Source: Octopus bimaculoides (taxonomy: Eukaryota). From it: a stretch of 64,000 bases of DNA. The stretch covers positions 59,690,959 to 59,754,958 of the forward strand of contig NC_068983.1 in the NCBI RefSeq assembly GCF_001194135.2, written 5' to 3'. The notes beneath the pieces were generated by a model. The model was not told the DNA's origin. It saw nothing but the letters and a program-made list of their open reading frames with translations, and searched no databases. Numbering within the stretch: position 1 is the first letter of the stretch; each line of letters opens with the position of its first letter. Below, piece after piece: positions 1-13,408 of the stretch. Position numbers and translations under genes: made by a program.

Positions 1-205
1 TGCCAAAAAAAGAATAATAATGATTAATCAATGATTTTTTATTTTTTTTTAATTTCTTGTTTTGTTTTAGACATTTTAGACATATACATGTGTGATATTG
101 TTAACAAAGTGTTATCTATTGCTGACATTGTATTTTTGTTAATTGCATTTGAATAATTTGTTTACTATATACTAGTTCTTATCATTTTTTTATTATTTTT
201 TACAG

Positions 206-287
206 AGTACAACACTGGGCTAAGGATCTGGGTGACAAATTGTACAGTTTTAGTAACAAAGTGACAATGTTGAATGATATAAGTAAG
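206..287 (+). CDS. CACNA2D: Internal coding exon (exon 2 equivalent) of a voltage-gated calcium channel alpha2/delta subunit gene
   Basis: Strong acceptor ttttttattattttttacag| at 205 and donor AAG|gttggt at 288. The 82 nt are 1 nt plus 27 codons, VQHWAKDLGDKLYSFSNKVTMLNDISK. This resembles alpha2delta N-termini as recalled (MQHWARRLEQEV in alpha2delta-2, VKLWASAFGGEI in alpha2delta-3) and matches the 82-nt, phase 2 to phase 0 exon 2 recalled for CACNA2D1. Paralogue cannot be assigned. Confidence 0.8.
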
Positions 288-541
288 GTTGGTGCTTATT
301 TGTTTAGTAACTAAAAATTTGTATAATTTCATTTTGTGTGTCTTTTTTTGTGGGGTGGGCACTGTTCATTTTCAGATTCAATAATTATTTATTCTTTTCA
401 GTAGAAAGACTTTACAAACTTGGGGAAAAAGGAGAAAAAAATAACCAAACAAACAAAGAATATAAACTCAGTTTGTCTGCTATTTATCAACTGTATTTTC
501 ACAGAATGTGCTTAGCATTCCAATACATTTATTAAAGCATC

Positions 542-772
542 TTAACCCATTCATTTGCATATTTCTGTTGAAATACACTGTCTTTATTACAATTAATTCA
601 TTAAATAATAAAACATTTATTGAAATATACTTGATATTATTAAGCTGGTGTTTTTAAAATAAATTTAGCATGAAATTTTGATGGAAAATTTTAATTTAGA
701 TCACTTTAACATGGGGAATCTGTATCAAAGATCTAGGGGGAATAGTAGGAGGGTTGATATCAAAATGGTCGA
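542..772. mobile_element. Degenerate MITE, possibly piggyBac-type
   Basis: Starts TTAA-CCCATT and ends ...caaaatggtcga (degenerate inverted end). Resembles a recalled octopus dispersed repeat. Confidence 0.35.
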
Positions 773-1039
773 TATTCTTCAGAAAGCTTCATCTTTATCA
801 CACAATATTCTTAGGGTAAATGACAAATATATATAAAGAATAAACATTGCATTCACTATAATTCTTTTAATATCTATATTTCAAAGGAGAAAAAAGAAAC
901 ATTGTACATTTGTCCCATCTCACTTTATCATATTTTTTTTTTTTTGTGTGTGTCTTCCTTGATAAAGCACAATATGTAATGGAAATTGTATCAATAATTT
1001 CATACAAATGTATAACACCAGAGTGATGGTGTAATGCTT

Positions 1040-1290
1040 ATCAATACTACATGCTATCACACCTTGTGAAAAGCATGCTACAGAATTTTTGGAAAGATGG
1101 TGGATAATCATGTGAACTTCTGCCAAATCAGCTGCTAGCATATTGATGCCTAGGGAAGCAAAATGCTCAAGGTATGATGACTGTGAAGGGTATTCATCTG
1201 GTAGCACATTTCTAGACAGCTTCCAGTGGACTGATATTCTGGACAAGATGGAAACTCCACATTGGAGATGCAAATATTTTTAGATATGTA
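1040..1290 (-). mobile_element. CR1-type LINE RT C-terminal fossil
   Basis: Minus strand reads FASPMWSFHLVQNISPLEAV*K.. and YLEHFASLGINML..AADLAEVHMIIHHL. Homologous to the + strand copy at 28230-28700. Confidence 0.7.
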
Positions 1291-1914
1291 GAATCAAATA
1301 CTGCCCTTTAAAAAAAAACAAAAAACTTGTTTTTAAAATTTCAAAGCGATTTCAGAGGCAGAATTCAAAGCATCCAACATTTTGTGGTAACTGTAAGGAT
1401 TTTGTTTTTTTATTTTATAAGGAAATACATTAATAATGTATGAGTATAAGCTTGCAAGGATCCAAAAGTTAAGTTCTGCATCAGTTTTCTTTAAAACTTC
1501 TAGTCACTTCTATTGCAAGTAACATTTTTGTCGGATGAGCAACTGACAGTCTCAACAGGCTTTCTTTTCTATCTACTCTGTTATGTTTTGCGATTCATAA
1601 ATATTTTATTCTTTGCTTTCAGTGATGTGGATACATTCAATTTCATGGATATTTTGATACTTACATCTTGACAGTTTTCAATGAATGGCATTGTAAATCC
1701 TTTTTACATGAACACTATGCTGTATAAAAAGATATTACCTCATTCACATTTGCAACAGCTGTTGTTGATATAAGAGCATGTGTCTCGAAAAATGAATGAT
1801 AGCATTTGTATGGAGTTTTACATACATATGTGTGTGTGTGTGTGTATCAATGAATGCAAATTTGTTCGAACATATCACAGTAGTCTCAAAATTAATTGAA
1901 GCGTTTTCTAGTTG

Positions 1915-2122
1915 TTGTTTAGCCTTAAGATAGTCCTAATTGAACCAATGCATGATCAAAGGCAGCTCAGATATGCACATTCCTTTTTATTCAGTGTTTC
2001 TAAAACTACATTATTTTATGTGCCTTTTATGTTTTAAATTGGTAGGGTGAGTGATTTCAAGGAGATTTGGCAGTTATTTCTTGCAAGTTTAGTAATCATA
2101 TTGAGACTCTGTCATTGGCTCA
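1915..2122 (+). repeat. Unclassified dispersed repeat (ggagatttggc..atttc family)
   Basis: Related copies near 31600-31760 (-), 40225-40430 (-), 46370-46615 (+), 50440-50625 (-) and 61420-61590 (+). Confidence 0.6.
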
Positions 2123-2226
2123 TCTTTATAAAAAAAAAAGCAACATTAGTAGAGGACAAAAAAAATTGAGCCAATGACAGAGTCTCAATATGATTACTAA
2201 ACTTGCAAGAAATAACTGCCAAATCT
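2063..2226. repeat. Perfect 60-bp inverted repeat with 44-nt spacer
   Basis: 2063-2122 is the exact reverse complement of 2167-2226 (checked base by base). Confidence 0.95.
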
Positions 2227-2337
2227 GGGCTTATAAGCATTAGGTCATAGATTTAGTTCCTGAACAAGGCATTCATTTCACATTATTCGAGTCTACTCAA
2301 CTGAAAATGAGTACAAACCAGCTCCTGGTGCAGTTCT

Positions 2338-2479
<142 letters not shown>

Positions 2480-2589
2480 CATTCTCAATGTTCCCCTGAG
2501 AGGAAGGTTCCAAGGGTGTTTGTGTCTACTCATGAGTACATGGTTAGTCCACATTACTCCATAAGTAGCATAGGGCCAGTTTCCTGGTT

Positions 2590-2775
2590 TCTCTGGTGTA
2601 TATATTTCTCCCTAGATGGGACACCAATCTGTCACAGGATTATTCATTCCAGAGTGGAGTGGAGCAATGTGAAATGAAGTGTTTTGCTTAAGAACTCAAT
2701 ACATTGCCCCAGTTCAGGAATCAAAACCACTACCTTGAGTCCAGCACCCTAACATCTAAATCATGTACCTCTACT
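2590..2775 (-). mobile_element. tRNA-headed SINE (third family)
   Basis: Contains ggagcaatgtgaaatgaagtgttttgct..caggaatcaaaaccac. A related + copy lies near 46945-47232. Confidence 0.5.
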
Positions 2776-3550
2776 CATGAGAACATAGGCATTTAAAACA
2801 ATAAATGAATGTACGATGTAGTGTGAAGAAAAAAAAAATACCTTCAAGATTCACCATTCTTGATAAACATTTCAACAACCCACGGTGTGCACCAGTCCAA
2901 ACTGTGAAGGTAACTGACAAAAGACAATAAAACATTAATTACATGAAAACACCATTACCACTTGCTTAACTTCACTAGCATCACTCTAATGGTCACATTA
3001 AATATGGGCAGTTTTCTGCTGTACCCTATACAAATGGCAAGATCGTACTCTGTCGAGAATAATGGCTAAACTTTGTTGTAGTTTATGTTGTTGTATAAAT
3101 ATTTTTAGTAACTGATAGATTTTTTCCCATTAATATTCATATAAATCACAGTTTAATTTTTAATGATAATGAAACTTTTGATTGATGAATTTATTTGTTC
3201 ACAAAACAAGCTACATAGTAATTACAAGCTATCATAGTCACTTTTCATCTTTGTAACAGTAAAAAATCATCCAGGCTCTCTTTCTCGTTCTCTCTTGCTC
3301 TCTTTCTCTATCTATCTATCTATCTATCTCTCACTCTCAAGATCCTATCCTAAACATTTGACCAGTTTTTTTAATCAAGAACCCCTTCAGAATATCCCAC
3401 TAGTTCATAGTTTTCTACTAAACACTTTATAGTAATTATAACATATCAACACCTTCTAGTGCAGAAGCCAATAGGAAACCTAAGTATGGCTCTATGTAGT
3501 TTTTCAACCTGCCAGAAATAGAAACAAAAGCTCCCTCAGTTCATACCTTA

Positions 3551-3787
3551 TCTCAACTGGGGTCCCTATGGTCCTTGAGGGTACATATAAGATTTTGTCT
3601 TTAAAGTCTATGCGAAATATATTGGTTACACTTCTACAATACACAAAATATTTTAACAATCTTTTTATACAGTCCATTATGATATTTAATTATAAAAATA
3701 TAATAGAAGTTTTTAAACATTGAATCATTATGAGGGTCCATAGGATTTGAAAGGGTTCATAGGTTAAAAAATGGTTGAGAACCACTG
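3551..3787. mobile_element. hAT-type MITE
   Basis: Right end atggttgagaaccactg (reverse complement CAGTGGTTCTCAACC, a hAT-type TIR). Left end is a partial tctcaactggggtcc. Confidence 0.55.
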
Positions 3788-3799
3788 TTCTAGTTATAA

Positions 3800-3955
3800 A
3801 ATCATCATCTGTCTTCTGTGCTTGCATGGATTAGACATTTGATGGGATTAAGCAGGCTGAAGGAATGCGTTGTCTCCCAGTATCTGTTTTGGCATGGTTT
3901 CTATGGCTGGATGCCTTCCCTAAAACCAACCTCTTTTCTGAGTGCATGTCTGGTA
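3800..3955 (-). mobile_element. RTE-type 3' tail repeat
   Basis: Reverse of the ..gcatccagc..aaaccatgccaaaacag..ccatgcaagca..gatgat motif. Same family as 27744-27978. Confidence 0.65.
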
Positions 3956-5819
3956 AAAAATTTGAGATGGTCACGGATGGACCATTATTGTTCAGCATTA
4001 ATCTTCGACTAAACAGAGATGATACATATAACCATTTAAATAATACCACACAGCTCTATAAGAATATAAATACGTATATATAGTACAAAACAATGAAAAT
4101 ATATTTGGTGGATAAAATTTTACTCATTTTTATATTGCCAAATTACTGTACTCACCAAGTTTTCTTTCTTTTTTTCTCTTTTAAGGAATTCCTTTAATAT
4201 TCAAGTTTGGTTCTTCAACAGTATTTATTACTGTTTCAGTTTTGGTTTTTTTCTAGCTTGGAGCATCTTATGCTTGATCATGTAATTCCATTCTCTTTAT
4301 TTACCGCATCACTCTCTATTCCATTTCATATAATATATTATTCCTTCCTCACATAGTATGTGGCTGCACAATCCATTCAGTCTTTCTTCCATCAATCTAA
4401 ACATTTAAATTGAGTTGTCAGTTTTCCTGTAGAGCCAAATCCATGAAGCAAATCTGCTATCATGCTCCATTATCCTTCATCTGCACAGAAGTTTTGAAGC
4501 ATGCTCTCTTTACATTGCTTCCAATTTACTCTAGTAGCCTTTCAATTTAGTAGTGAGCCACCATGATTTTCATTTTCATCTAATGTTCATATTGGCTATT
4601 TAGGTTATGAGATTTACTCCCAATGTAGTACCACAAGAATCAAAATAAAAATAAAAAAAGAAAGAATAAAAATTCATGCATTTAGCTTATTGCTTCTGGT
4701 AACCATGGTAACTAAATAATGTTTGCTGAATATCTAAGTTAATGAGTAAGGAAAGACTTTCTGAATCAGTTCAACTCAACAGTCACAAAATATAAAGAGG
4801 GAGAGAAAGAATTTAGCAAGAGAGCAAATAAAAACCATTCCTTAATTCCTGATAGACAGTTTCATGTCAATTGCAATATGTAATACGAAACCAAAGCCAT
4901 GTGAAAAAGATTTTACCATTTCATGGTCATAGGTCTTTAGTTTCTCTCACAGAGATTAAAACTTCAATAAACTTTCTGCACACATGATAAGGCAATGTGC
5001 TGATGATAAAAAGACATCTATGAAATGGAAAGAATATAAGAGAGGGAAAGAAAAAAAGATAAAGGAGAGGAAAAAGTGAATGAAGGAAAATGAGAATGTT
5101 TTTCATCTCTTGTACAAAAGTTTAGATGTAATATAGATACATGTTTAAAAGTTGTGCAATATAATTTACTTTCTAGTTCTAGTTAGTTATCACATATTCA
5201 GATCAATATTTATTCTTTGGTTAGGTATACTGACACAAATAGAATAAGGTGGTTTTCTCCCATGGATACAGTCCAAGCTAGTCAGCAATTTCACATGTTT
5301 AACATATGAGAAATCTATAAAATAATATTTCTCAGTGTGTAACAGTCTTTTCAGTAATGTTCGGTTCTTTTCTTCAATATTACTCCATTAAATGCATCTT
5401 GGCTTCAGGATGTGTCTGAGAGAAAAAAAAAATGTAAAAAAACAAAAAAAAGAAGACTTCCATTGAGCACCCCATTTTTGCTTCAATATTTCTTTTACAG
5501 TATTTTAAAAATAGTTTTTCTTTTTAATCAACTAATATAAAAAAAAAGAATAACTATCCAGCAGTGACCAAACAGTCCTACGCTTTAATCTTTTCTCTTG
5601 CCTAAAGGAATCAATATAAACTCAAATACATATCTATAGAACTCCAGAAGAACCATGGTAGGATATGTTGAGAAGATTCCATCAAATAAAGAAAAATAAT
5701 TGAGTATGCTAGCTTACAATATTTTTGGAAAAGAGTAAGTATAAGGGTTCAGAGCCTTAAAAGCTTCATTTCTTTTCAATGAACTGATTCTAAGTGGGGG
5801 GGATCTAAACCAATCTTTT

Positions 5820-6180
5820 ATCTTTTACTTGTTTCAGTCATTAGACTGTAGCCATGCTGGAGCACCACCTTCAAGATTGTTTTAGTCAAATGAATCAACT
5901 CCAGTACTTATTTTTAAGTCTGGTACTTATTCTATCGGTGACTTTTACAGTGAGGTATACAAACCAACACCGGTTGTCAAGCAGTAGTGGAAAACAAACA
6001 GAAACACAAACACACACAAACACATGACAGGTTTCTTTCAGTTTCCATCTACCAAATCCATTCATAAAGCTTTGGTGAGCCCAAGGCTATAGTAGAAGAC
6101 ATTTGTATAAGGTACATTACAGTGGGACTGAACTTGGAACCATGTGATTAGGAAGCAAACTTCTTACCACACAGCCAGCT
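5820..6180 (-). mobile_element. SINE family A (tRNA-like head tggctgtgtggtaagaag..ggttc)
   Basis: Near full length, with A/B-box-like head at 6140-6180 and tail ..gactgaaacaagtaaaag. Confidence 0.85.
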
Positions 6181-6284
6181 TATTTTTTTTCTTTACTTGT
6201 TGAGTATGGAGGAAGGGACACTGGTTATACTGTTTCAGGTGCTGAGTCTGATGAGCTTAATGTCATTAATGTTTTCTTTAAACT

Positions 6285-6760
6285 GTGGCAGATCAACACC
6301 TATAGAAAAGATATGAGCAGGGAAGGAATATCAGAAGACTGATATTCTGAGGAGAAAGGACTAAGTATAATGGTTAGTGATGGTGGAAGTAGGGCACAAG
6401 GGGTTTGGTTGCATTAGGGAAAGACAAGTGGGTTGGGGGATGCCTGGGTGGTGGAGTATGAGACTATACAGCTCAAATAAACAGGGGCCATTTTGGTAGC
6501 TATAGAAAAGGCAGAGAGAAGAGACAGCATGCTTGTAGGCTTGATGCTGGGGCATGTCTGTAAGTGATCGAATACCAATTAGTCAAGTGGCCCTTTTCTT
6601 GATGTGGTCCAGAATGAGTATGTCTAGTGACAGCACCAGTGTGAAAGCATTACTCCATTGTAGGCCTCACTCTAGCTTTGTAGAGAATTAGGTATTGGGG
6701 CCACATCCAAGTCTATAGAATGGGGTCCTAGCAATGCTAAGGATGTGCTTTCTCACAGAG
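6285..6760 (-). mobile_element. LINE RT C-terminal fossil (CR1/Jockey group)
   Basis: Minus strand reads LILYKARVRPTME*C.., LDHIKKRAT*LIG.. and HAVSSLCLFYSY, motifs typical of non-LTR RT C-termini. Confidence 0.7.
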
Positions 6761-7069
6761 AAATCATCATACACCTTTTTTTTTCATTTCATTAGCCCCA
6801 TAGCGATTTACTTCCAGAGCCCTTAATAACAACATTGTATTTCTTTCTAACCCAGAACTGCATTCTTCAGAAAGTATTATTTTCTTGTTTTTCCTCCAGC
6901 TACTAAATAGTAAGAGTCCAAATTAAATAATAAATGTCCTAGCCTCAGCTGTCCTTACTTTCCCAGTCAAAGACAGCCTAAATATATGAGCACCACTGCA
7001 TCCGCTTCCTCCTTCTCTTCCTTTTCTTCCTATTCCCCTCCTCCTCTCTCTCCTTCATCTCCAAACTAA

Positions 7070-7230
7070 TAATTTCTAACTTAGGCACAAAGCCATGATT
7101 AATTACATCAACCCCAGTGTTTGATTGGTAATTACTTTATCGACTGTTGAAAGATGAAAAGCTAAGTCTATCTTGTTAGCATTTGAACCCTGAATATCCC
7201 CAAGCATTTTGTCTGATGTTCTATCAATTT
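7070..7230 (-). mobile_element. SINE family B (gagttcaaattcc..cctttcatcc core)
   Basis: Reverse match to the + copies at 29995-30215 and 50640-50855. Confidence 0.55.
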
Positions 7231-7722
7231 TTTTTGTTTTGTTTTCAATTTTAGCAATGGACTTTTTGTAATGATGATCCTTTTTATTTCAAGATCTCTT
7301 ATTATTTGCCCTATGACAGGCTTTTGACATTAAAAGATACATTTTCTGAACAGAATGTGTTACCACTACACTTACTTCAAATCTTTTAGAGACAGACTTG
7401 CTTGTATCAAAGCAGGTGTAAATGCATGGGTGTTTGTGCTTATAAAGACAGAATATATACAGAAGCACACACACAGTTAAACCAATAAATACGTACATCT
7501 CCAAACCTGACGTCCCACAAGTAAGGCAATATTTAATATTACTAAATTAAATGTTGTTTTCCCAATATATATACATAACTATAAAACACATACATGCACA
7601 CATATTTATATATTTTCTCTCCTATGTCACTGGCTATTGTGCATTTGATATCTTCTTGGAATATCCACTGGTAAGTGTTCTTGGGCAGGTACTTTTCCCA
7701 TTTTTGTATGTGTGTGTGTGAT

Positions 7723-7758
<36 letters not shown>

Positions 7759-8320
7759 CATGCATATATATACACTTGTTTTATCTGCATTTGAAAGCAA
7801 GACTTAGAATTTAACACAAATAGTGTCAAAAAGAATATAATTGAGTTCTTAGACAAAATTATTTCAAAAATCTTAACTACAATGAAAGTACTTGTATATG
7901 AAAATTATATTTATGCACTAATAATAAACTGTATGTAAGACACGTGTTAAAACTAAATTTCCAGAAAGGAATAATTGCTTCTTGAATGATTTTCCTATGC
8001 TCAAAGTAAATGAATATGATCAATAAAAATATTTCTGTTGCATTGGTTACCATTTGTTGAACTATGGCAACTAATCAAGACTTCTTATTTTTAAATACAT
8101 TCCTCAAATCTGAGAGAAAATATGCAATCTTCATTTACAATTTCATTGAATCTTATTTAATTCTCTTTCAATATTTGTCTTTTCTCTTTCTTCCAAGAGA
8201 TTTCTATTATTTTATATTCTATCCCTTACCATCACTTTCTTCTGTCTCTCTGCCACCTTATCAATCTGTTTATTTCTGTCTGTCTACCTGTCTCTCTTTC
8301 TGTATGTATAATATATACAT

Positions 8321-8880
8321 GCCTCCAGATGACTTCAGAATCTCATGCGACTCTTCTGAATGGTCTCCTTGTTTAAGTTGGTGAATTCTGCCATCATCCT
8401 TGCCTTCAGTTCCTCTTTGATGTTAAAATGAGATTTGTTGGTCTCTCACTCAACCGCAAACCACACATAATAATCAAGGAAGTTGCAGCTTGGGGAGTTA
8501 GGTAGCCAGATGTTAGAGTAGATGTGGTCGCAGAAATTGTTTCACAGCCATGACTGGGTTCTCTTGCTTGTATAGCAAGGTTCAGAGTCCTGTTGCCAGA
8601 CATGGTCTTCCAGCAACCACCGTCTTGACCCAGAGCAGCACTACCTCCTCCAGGCACTTGATGTAGGACTCCATGTTGAGTCTGAGGCAATGTGGGAAGA
8701 AGAATGGAGGCATAATGTCACCATCACTAGTTGTCACTCCAAACTGCATGATGTTGACTGGATGTTTGATTTCCCATTACTCTCAGTACATGTCCTCTGA
8801 TCGACACCCAAACACTCTGAAATGTTCATATTGGAGCTTCTGGCATGAATGCAAAACATGTCATTTCCAAATTTCTTGCT
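8321..8880 (-). mobile_element. Tc1/mariner-superfamily DD37D (maT) transposase fossil
   Basis: Minus strand reads KHPVNIMQFGVTTSDGDIMPPFFFPH..YIKCLEEVVLLWVK.., a frameshift, then WQQDSEPCYTS..IWLPNSPSCNFLDYYVW. There are 37 residues between the 2nd and 3rd catalytic D. Several stops. Confidence 0.85.
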
Positions 8881-9036
8881 GAGTAAATTGTGTCATGGTG
8901 CTGTTTCTCTCACAGACAGTGCCCAACTGACCCTACTATACTATGTAGTTGACAAAATCAAAACCAAATAATGTGCATGTGTGAAATTAAAAATGTAAAA
9001 TGGTGACAATTTACCCATAAGCCTCTGTATGTACAC

Positions 9037-9074
<38 letters not shown>

Positions 9075-9510
9075 CATGTATATATACATATATGTATACA
9101 TACATATGTATACACATGTACATGCATATGTGCTCACATACACACACATATACACACATACATATTTTCATAATTTATATTAAACACATCTTCATGTTGA
9201 TTTTGGTTTTATGCATTGTCTTTTCTTCTCTTTCTTCCACATTTCCTCTTCTTTTTCCTCTTTCTCATATACATTCCATTTTCTCCATCTTGACTGTCTC
9301 TGTGTATCTTTTATTCATATCTAATCAATATAAAACTAATCATTCTCACAACCTATTATAGTACTCTCAAGGAAAATACAAGCATTGACCAGACCTTTCT
9401 TTTAATCTACATATTTGAACAACTTGTAATAAGTATATCATGGGGGAAAACACAAACAGATGTTTGTACGTGAAGACACAGCACAAATATATATGCATAC
9501 TGTCTGTTTG

Positions 9511-9559
<49 letters not shown>

Positions 9560-10840
9560 TTTTCTCTCTCTGTATTTCACTCTCTCTCTCTCTCTTTCAT
9601 TGATTGTCTATATGTATGTAGGTAGAGAGAGTACATACATACATACATACATACATACATACATACATACATACATAGACACATACATACAGACTGGCTG
9701 TCCACTTGCAACTGAGGAAAACCATCACTGACCATTGTCCATGCAAAATGTTGGCAGTGGTCATGCATAAGGTTACTGCACCTACAGTTAGCATCACCTG
9801 AGTTCATGCATGCAACTTCCAAACTTGCTATGGTGCCTTCCTACTTGACTGAGCAACAGCCTAAAATTTTAGATCCAATAAGATTTGCACAATGCCTCAC
9901 AGGCCCTCTCCACCCTATTGACACAATCCAGAGACAAGCCAGAACAAGATATCCAGTGTCAATATGGGTTGCAGACTCAGGAATGTGGGAGCATCATGAC
10001 CACATGTGCAAGCAAAAGATCCCAAAAATGTTCAATGATATTCACTACATATCTGGTTTTATACAGAGTGACCTTCTCTTTAAAACGTGTTAACAAAAGT
10101 TAAGGGGTGCCTCACTTCCAGTTGTCTTCCAGCATACCAAACAACAGCCCAGAATTTTTGAGGAATCTTGCTATTTCTAGATAGTTGTTGAACTAACACT
10201 AACTTCATCCATCCTTTTGACAGGTCTGGTTTTCAGTCCTGCTGGGTTTCAAGCAAGCCTAGTTGGGGTGCCAGTTTATTACTATTATCAGAGAATGTAG
10301 ATATGTATTTTAATACTTTTGTGATAACCAGTACTTAACACAACAAAGCTCATACAAAGCTTTACATTTTACTTTTGACAATATTTTTCTAAAAAAGTGA
10401 AACCAGCCAAGTGAATAAACATCTTTAAAATTACAAACCTTCTTTCATATTTATTTACACATGTGCTGTACCTTACAACTTAGATGAATATGGTACTTCA
10501 GTTGAGGCACCAGAATTTTGTACGGTATTATCCATACAACTTCAAAATAAGGTGATTAAAATCAAAATAAGCAGCAAGGATATCCAGAGGTAATGTAGTA
10601 CGATCATTTCACGGAACTCCATTTAATTGAACGATGCAACCATTGCATCAATTCAAATGCAGAGCAATCTTCAGCTGCACAAAGACATAGAATTTAATTA
10701 AAACAGATGGACACATTAGTATAACTTTACTTAAGATCTCCAAGAAGTTGAGGCGATAGACAAAGGATATGCTGTCTTCACTTCAGCTTATATATGTTTA
10801 TGTATATATATATATATATATGTTTATGTATATATATATA

Positions 10841-10973
10841 NNNNNNNNNNNNNNNNNNNNNNNNNNNNNNNNNNNNNNNNNNNNNNNNNNNNNNNNNNNN
10901 NNNNNNNNNNNNNNNNNNNNNNNNNNNNNNNNNNNNNNNNNNNNNNNNNNNNNNNNNNNNNNNNNNNNNNNNN
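10841..10973. other. Assembly gap flanked by (TA)n
   Basis: N run. Confidence 1.
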
Positions 10974-11368
10974 ATATATATATATATATATATATATATA
11001 TACTACAAGCACACTAAGCAAGGATAAAATAAACCTGTGTACATCTATATTTAACATTCTCATGTGCATTCAGATATGGAAAGATATTCCCTGTGGAAAT
11101 TATCTCAGAGAATACATTATCATCATAGACTATGAGTGTAAAAAATTGAGCTGGAATGCAGATGATATCATTGGACTGCAAGACACATGTTTCAGCATAA
11201 CTGCACTTCATCAGTTACAGTTATAGCCTAGTAAGAACTGCCGTTCCCATATATAAACAGTTTGTTGTTGTATGCAAATCTTAGTCAAGCTCAGTTTATT
11301 TTTGCACGCATAAGTTATAAGAATATCTTCTTCAAGACAATATGCATGTGTTATGTACATTATATTTA

Positions 11369-11404
<36 letters not shown>

Positions 11405-11489
11405 ATGTGTGTATGTGGAGGGAGTGATGTGTGGGTGTGTTATATTATATACATCACATTACCATTTGCCCTTTACTTACAGTAAGAGT

Positions 11490-11492
<3 letters not shown>

Positions 11493-11554
<62 letters not shown>
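11493..11554. repeat. (GA)n microsatellite
   Basis: Direct reading. Confidence 0.95.
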
Positions 11555-11556
<2 letters not shown>

Positions 11557-11868
11557 CCTTTTGATACCTGCAGAAGTCAAAGATCTCTGAACTTCCCCAT
11601 TACACCAGTCTTACTTGCTACTAAGATTTTGGAACAAACATCATGACTGCTAACTAGGTCACCTACATAATAAAAGCTATCTACTACTTCTTCACAGCAT
11701 GTTAAGCATTTGAAAGAATCTATTTCACATGTACTCTTAATGCTAACAGCCCCTGTGCACCTGCTACATAAAAAGGCTTCATTCCTTGAGATCCCACAAC
11801 ACTATTTCTGCATCTAAAATTTGCCACCAAGCAATTTCTACTTATTTCTTTTGTACTTAACAAGTACG

Positions 11869-11921
<53 letters not shown>

Positions 11922-11926
<5 letters not shown>

Positions 11927-12073
11927 GGTAGGTTGTGCATTTAAGAAGCATGCTTTCCAAGTACATGGTTTCAGTTTCAGTCCTATTGTGTAGCACCTAG
12001 GTAAACATTTTCTTTTATAGACCCAGGCTGATGAGAGCCTTGTCGTAGATGGAAAGTGAAAGAACCCCATTGT
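11922..12073 (+). mobile_element. SINE family A 5' fragment, diverged
   Basis: ttaagaagcatgctttccaagtacatggtttcagtttcagtcc head. Confidence 0.6.
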
Positions 12074-13408
12074 ACATATATTTTTCTCTCTCTCTATCAA
12101 TCTATCTATCTATCTATATTTATATATTTATATAGGTATATATATATTTGTATGTATATGTATGTATATATGTATATGCATGTATATATGAATATACAAA
12201 TATACTTACTTATAAATGCAATATATGTATACACACACACACACATGCACACACACAAATATAAGCTTACAGTCTTGCTATTGATATGTTTGTACATTAT
12301 CTTACATATAATTATACACGCACCTACATATGTATACATACATACACACATAAATATGTGTTTATTGATTTGCTTATTCTTCCTCAAAAATTGCTGTAAT
12401 TCTGACTCTGTAAATTGTATTTGGAAATTTTGCTCCTAACTCACCTCCACATCCACACACACACACACACACACAAGTAGATTCTCTGAAATTCTTTTCT
12501 CTATCCAATTGATTATCTCTTTCTTTCATTTCTTTCCCTTCTGTCTTTACCCCCAGCTCTTTTATTATATTAGTTTCTGCTGTCGACAGCCATAAGTATA
12601 TTCCCTCAGTGTTTCAGGCTCCATTAGTGGCATCTTTTTAGCAATGAAACTTTTGATAAGATTTTGCTCTTTCCCTTTTATATGAATCACATTTATGCTG
12701 CTATCATTTCATCTAATTCTCTCTTATCATATAATCAGTTTTTCTTTCTGCTTCTACCTACTTGTATCCTTATTTCTGCTTTTTTTTTTACCCTCCTCTT
12801 TAGTCAGCTGTCTAGAATAAATTGAAATGTTTATCACATTACATCTTTTGTTATCTCCCCCACTTACTCTTACTTTCTTTCACCTTATCTAATCAACTAT
12901 CTGTCTACCTACATATTTATCTATTCATCAATATAGCCATCTAAATATATCTCACATCACACACCTTTCTCCATACTGTACAAGTTGGGCTGATTTGTCA
13001 AACTCCATTTGCATGCCATCTTGTGGTCTTGGTAAAGCTGTATCATTAGATATTTATACTTTTGGCTAACAACTTTATTATAGTGAGTATTTAGTATTTA
13101 TTTTCTTGAAGTGTTGAAAGTTTAAATATGTATATATTTTGTTAGGGTTTGAAGTTATTAACTTATGAATTATAAGTCCAGTGCCTAAACAACTCTGCCA
13201 CAACTTGCTTTTTATTTGTGTTTGTGTGTGTGCTAAATTATGTATAATCGATGCATGCATTGCTGTATGCATAAGAGGATGATTCAACCTTCCAGCTAAC
13301 TGCACAGTAACTTGGACAAATTTTCTTCAACTATAGTATCAAGCTGACCAATTTTGAGTGAATGAAATTGGTAAATGAAACTCATTCATGATATATATAC
13401 ATGCTAGT

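Noticed and set aside
920-1273. 117-aa ORF with FSQG, resembling a serine-hydrolase motif
   Set aside because: The region is a frameshifted CR1 LINE fossil homologous to 28230-28700.
9690-10110. GC-richer segment with 95-aa and 72-aa ORFs, possibly a retroelement relic
   Set aside because: Fragments vaguely resemble several unrelated TE motifs on both strands, so no call can be supported without a search.
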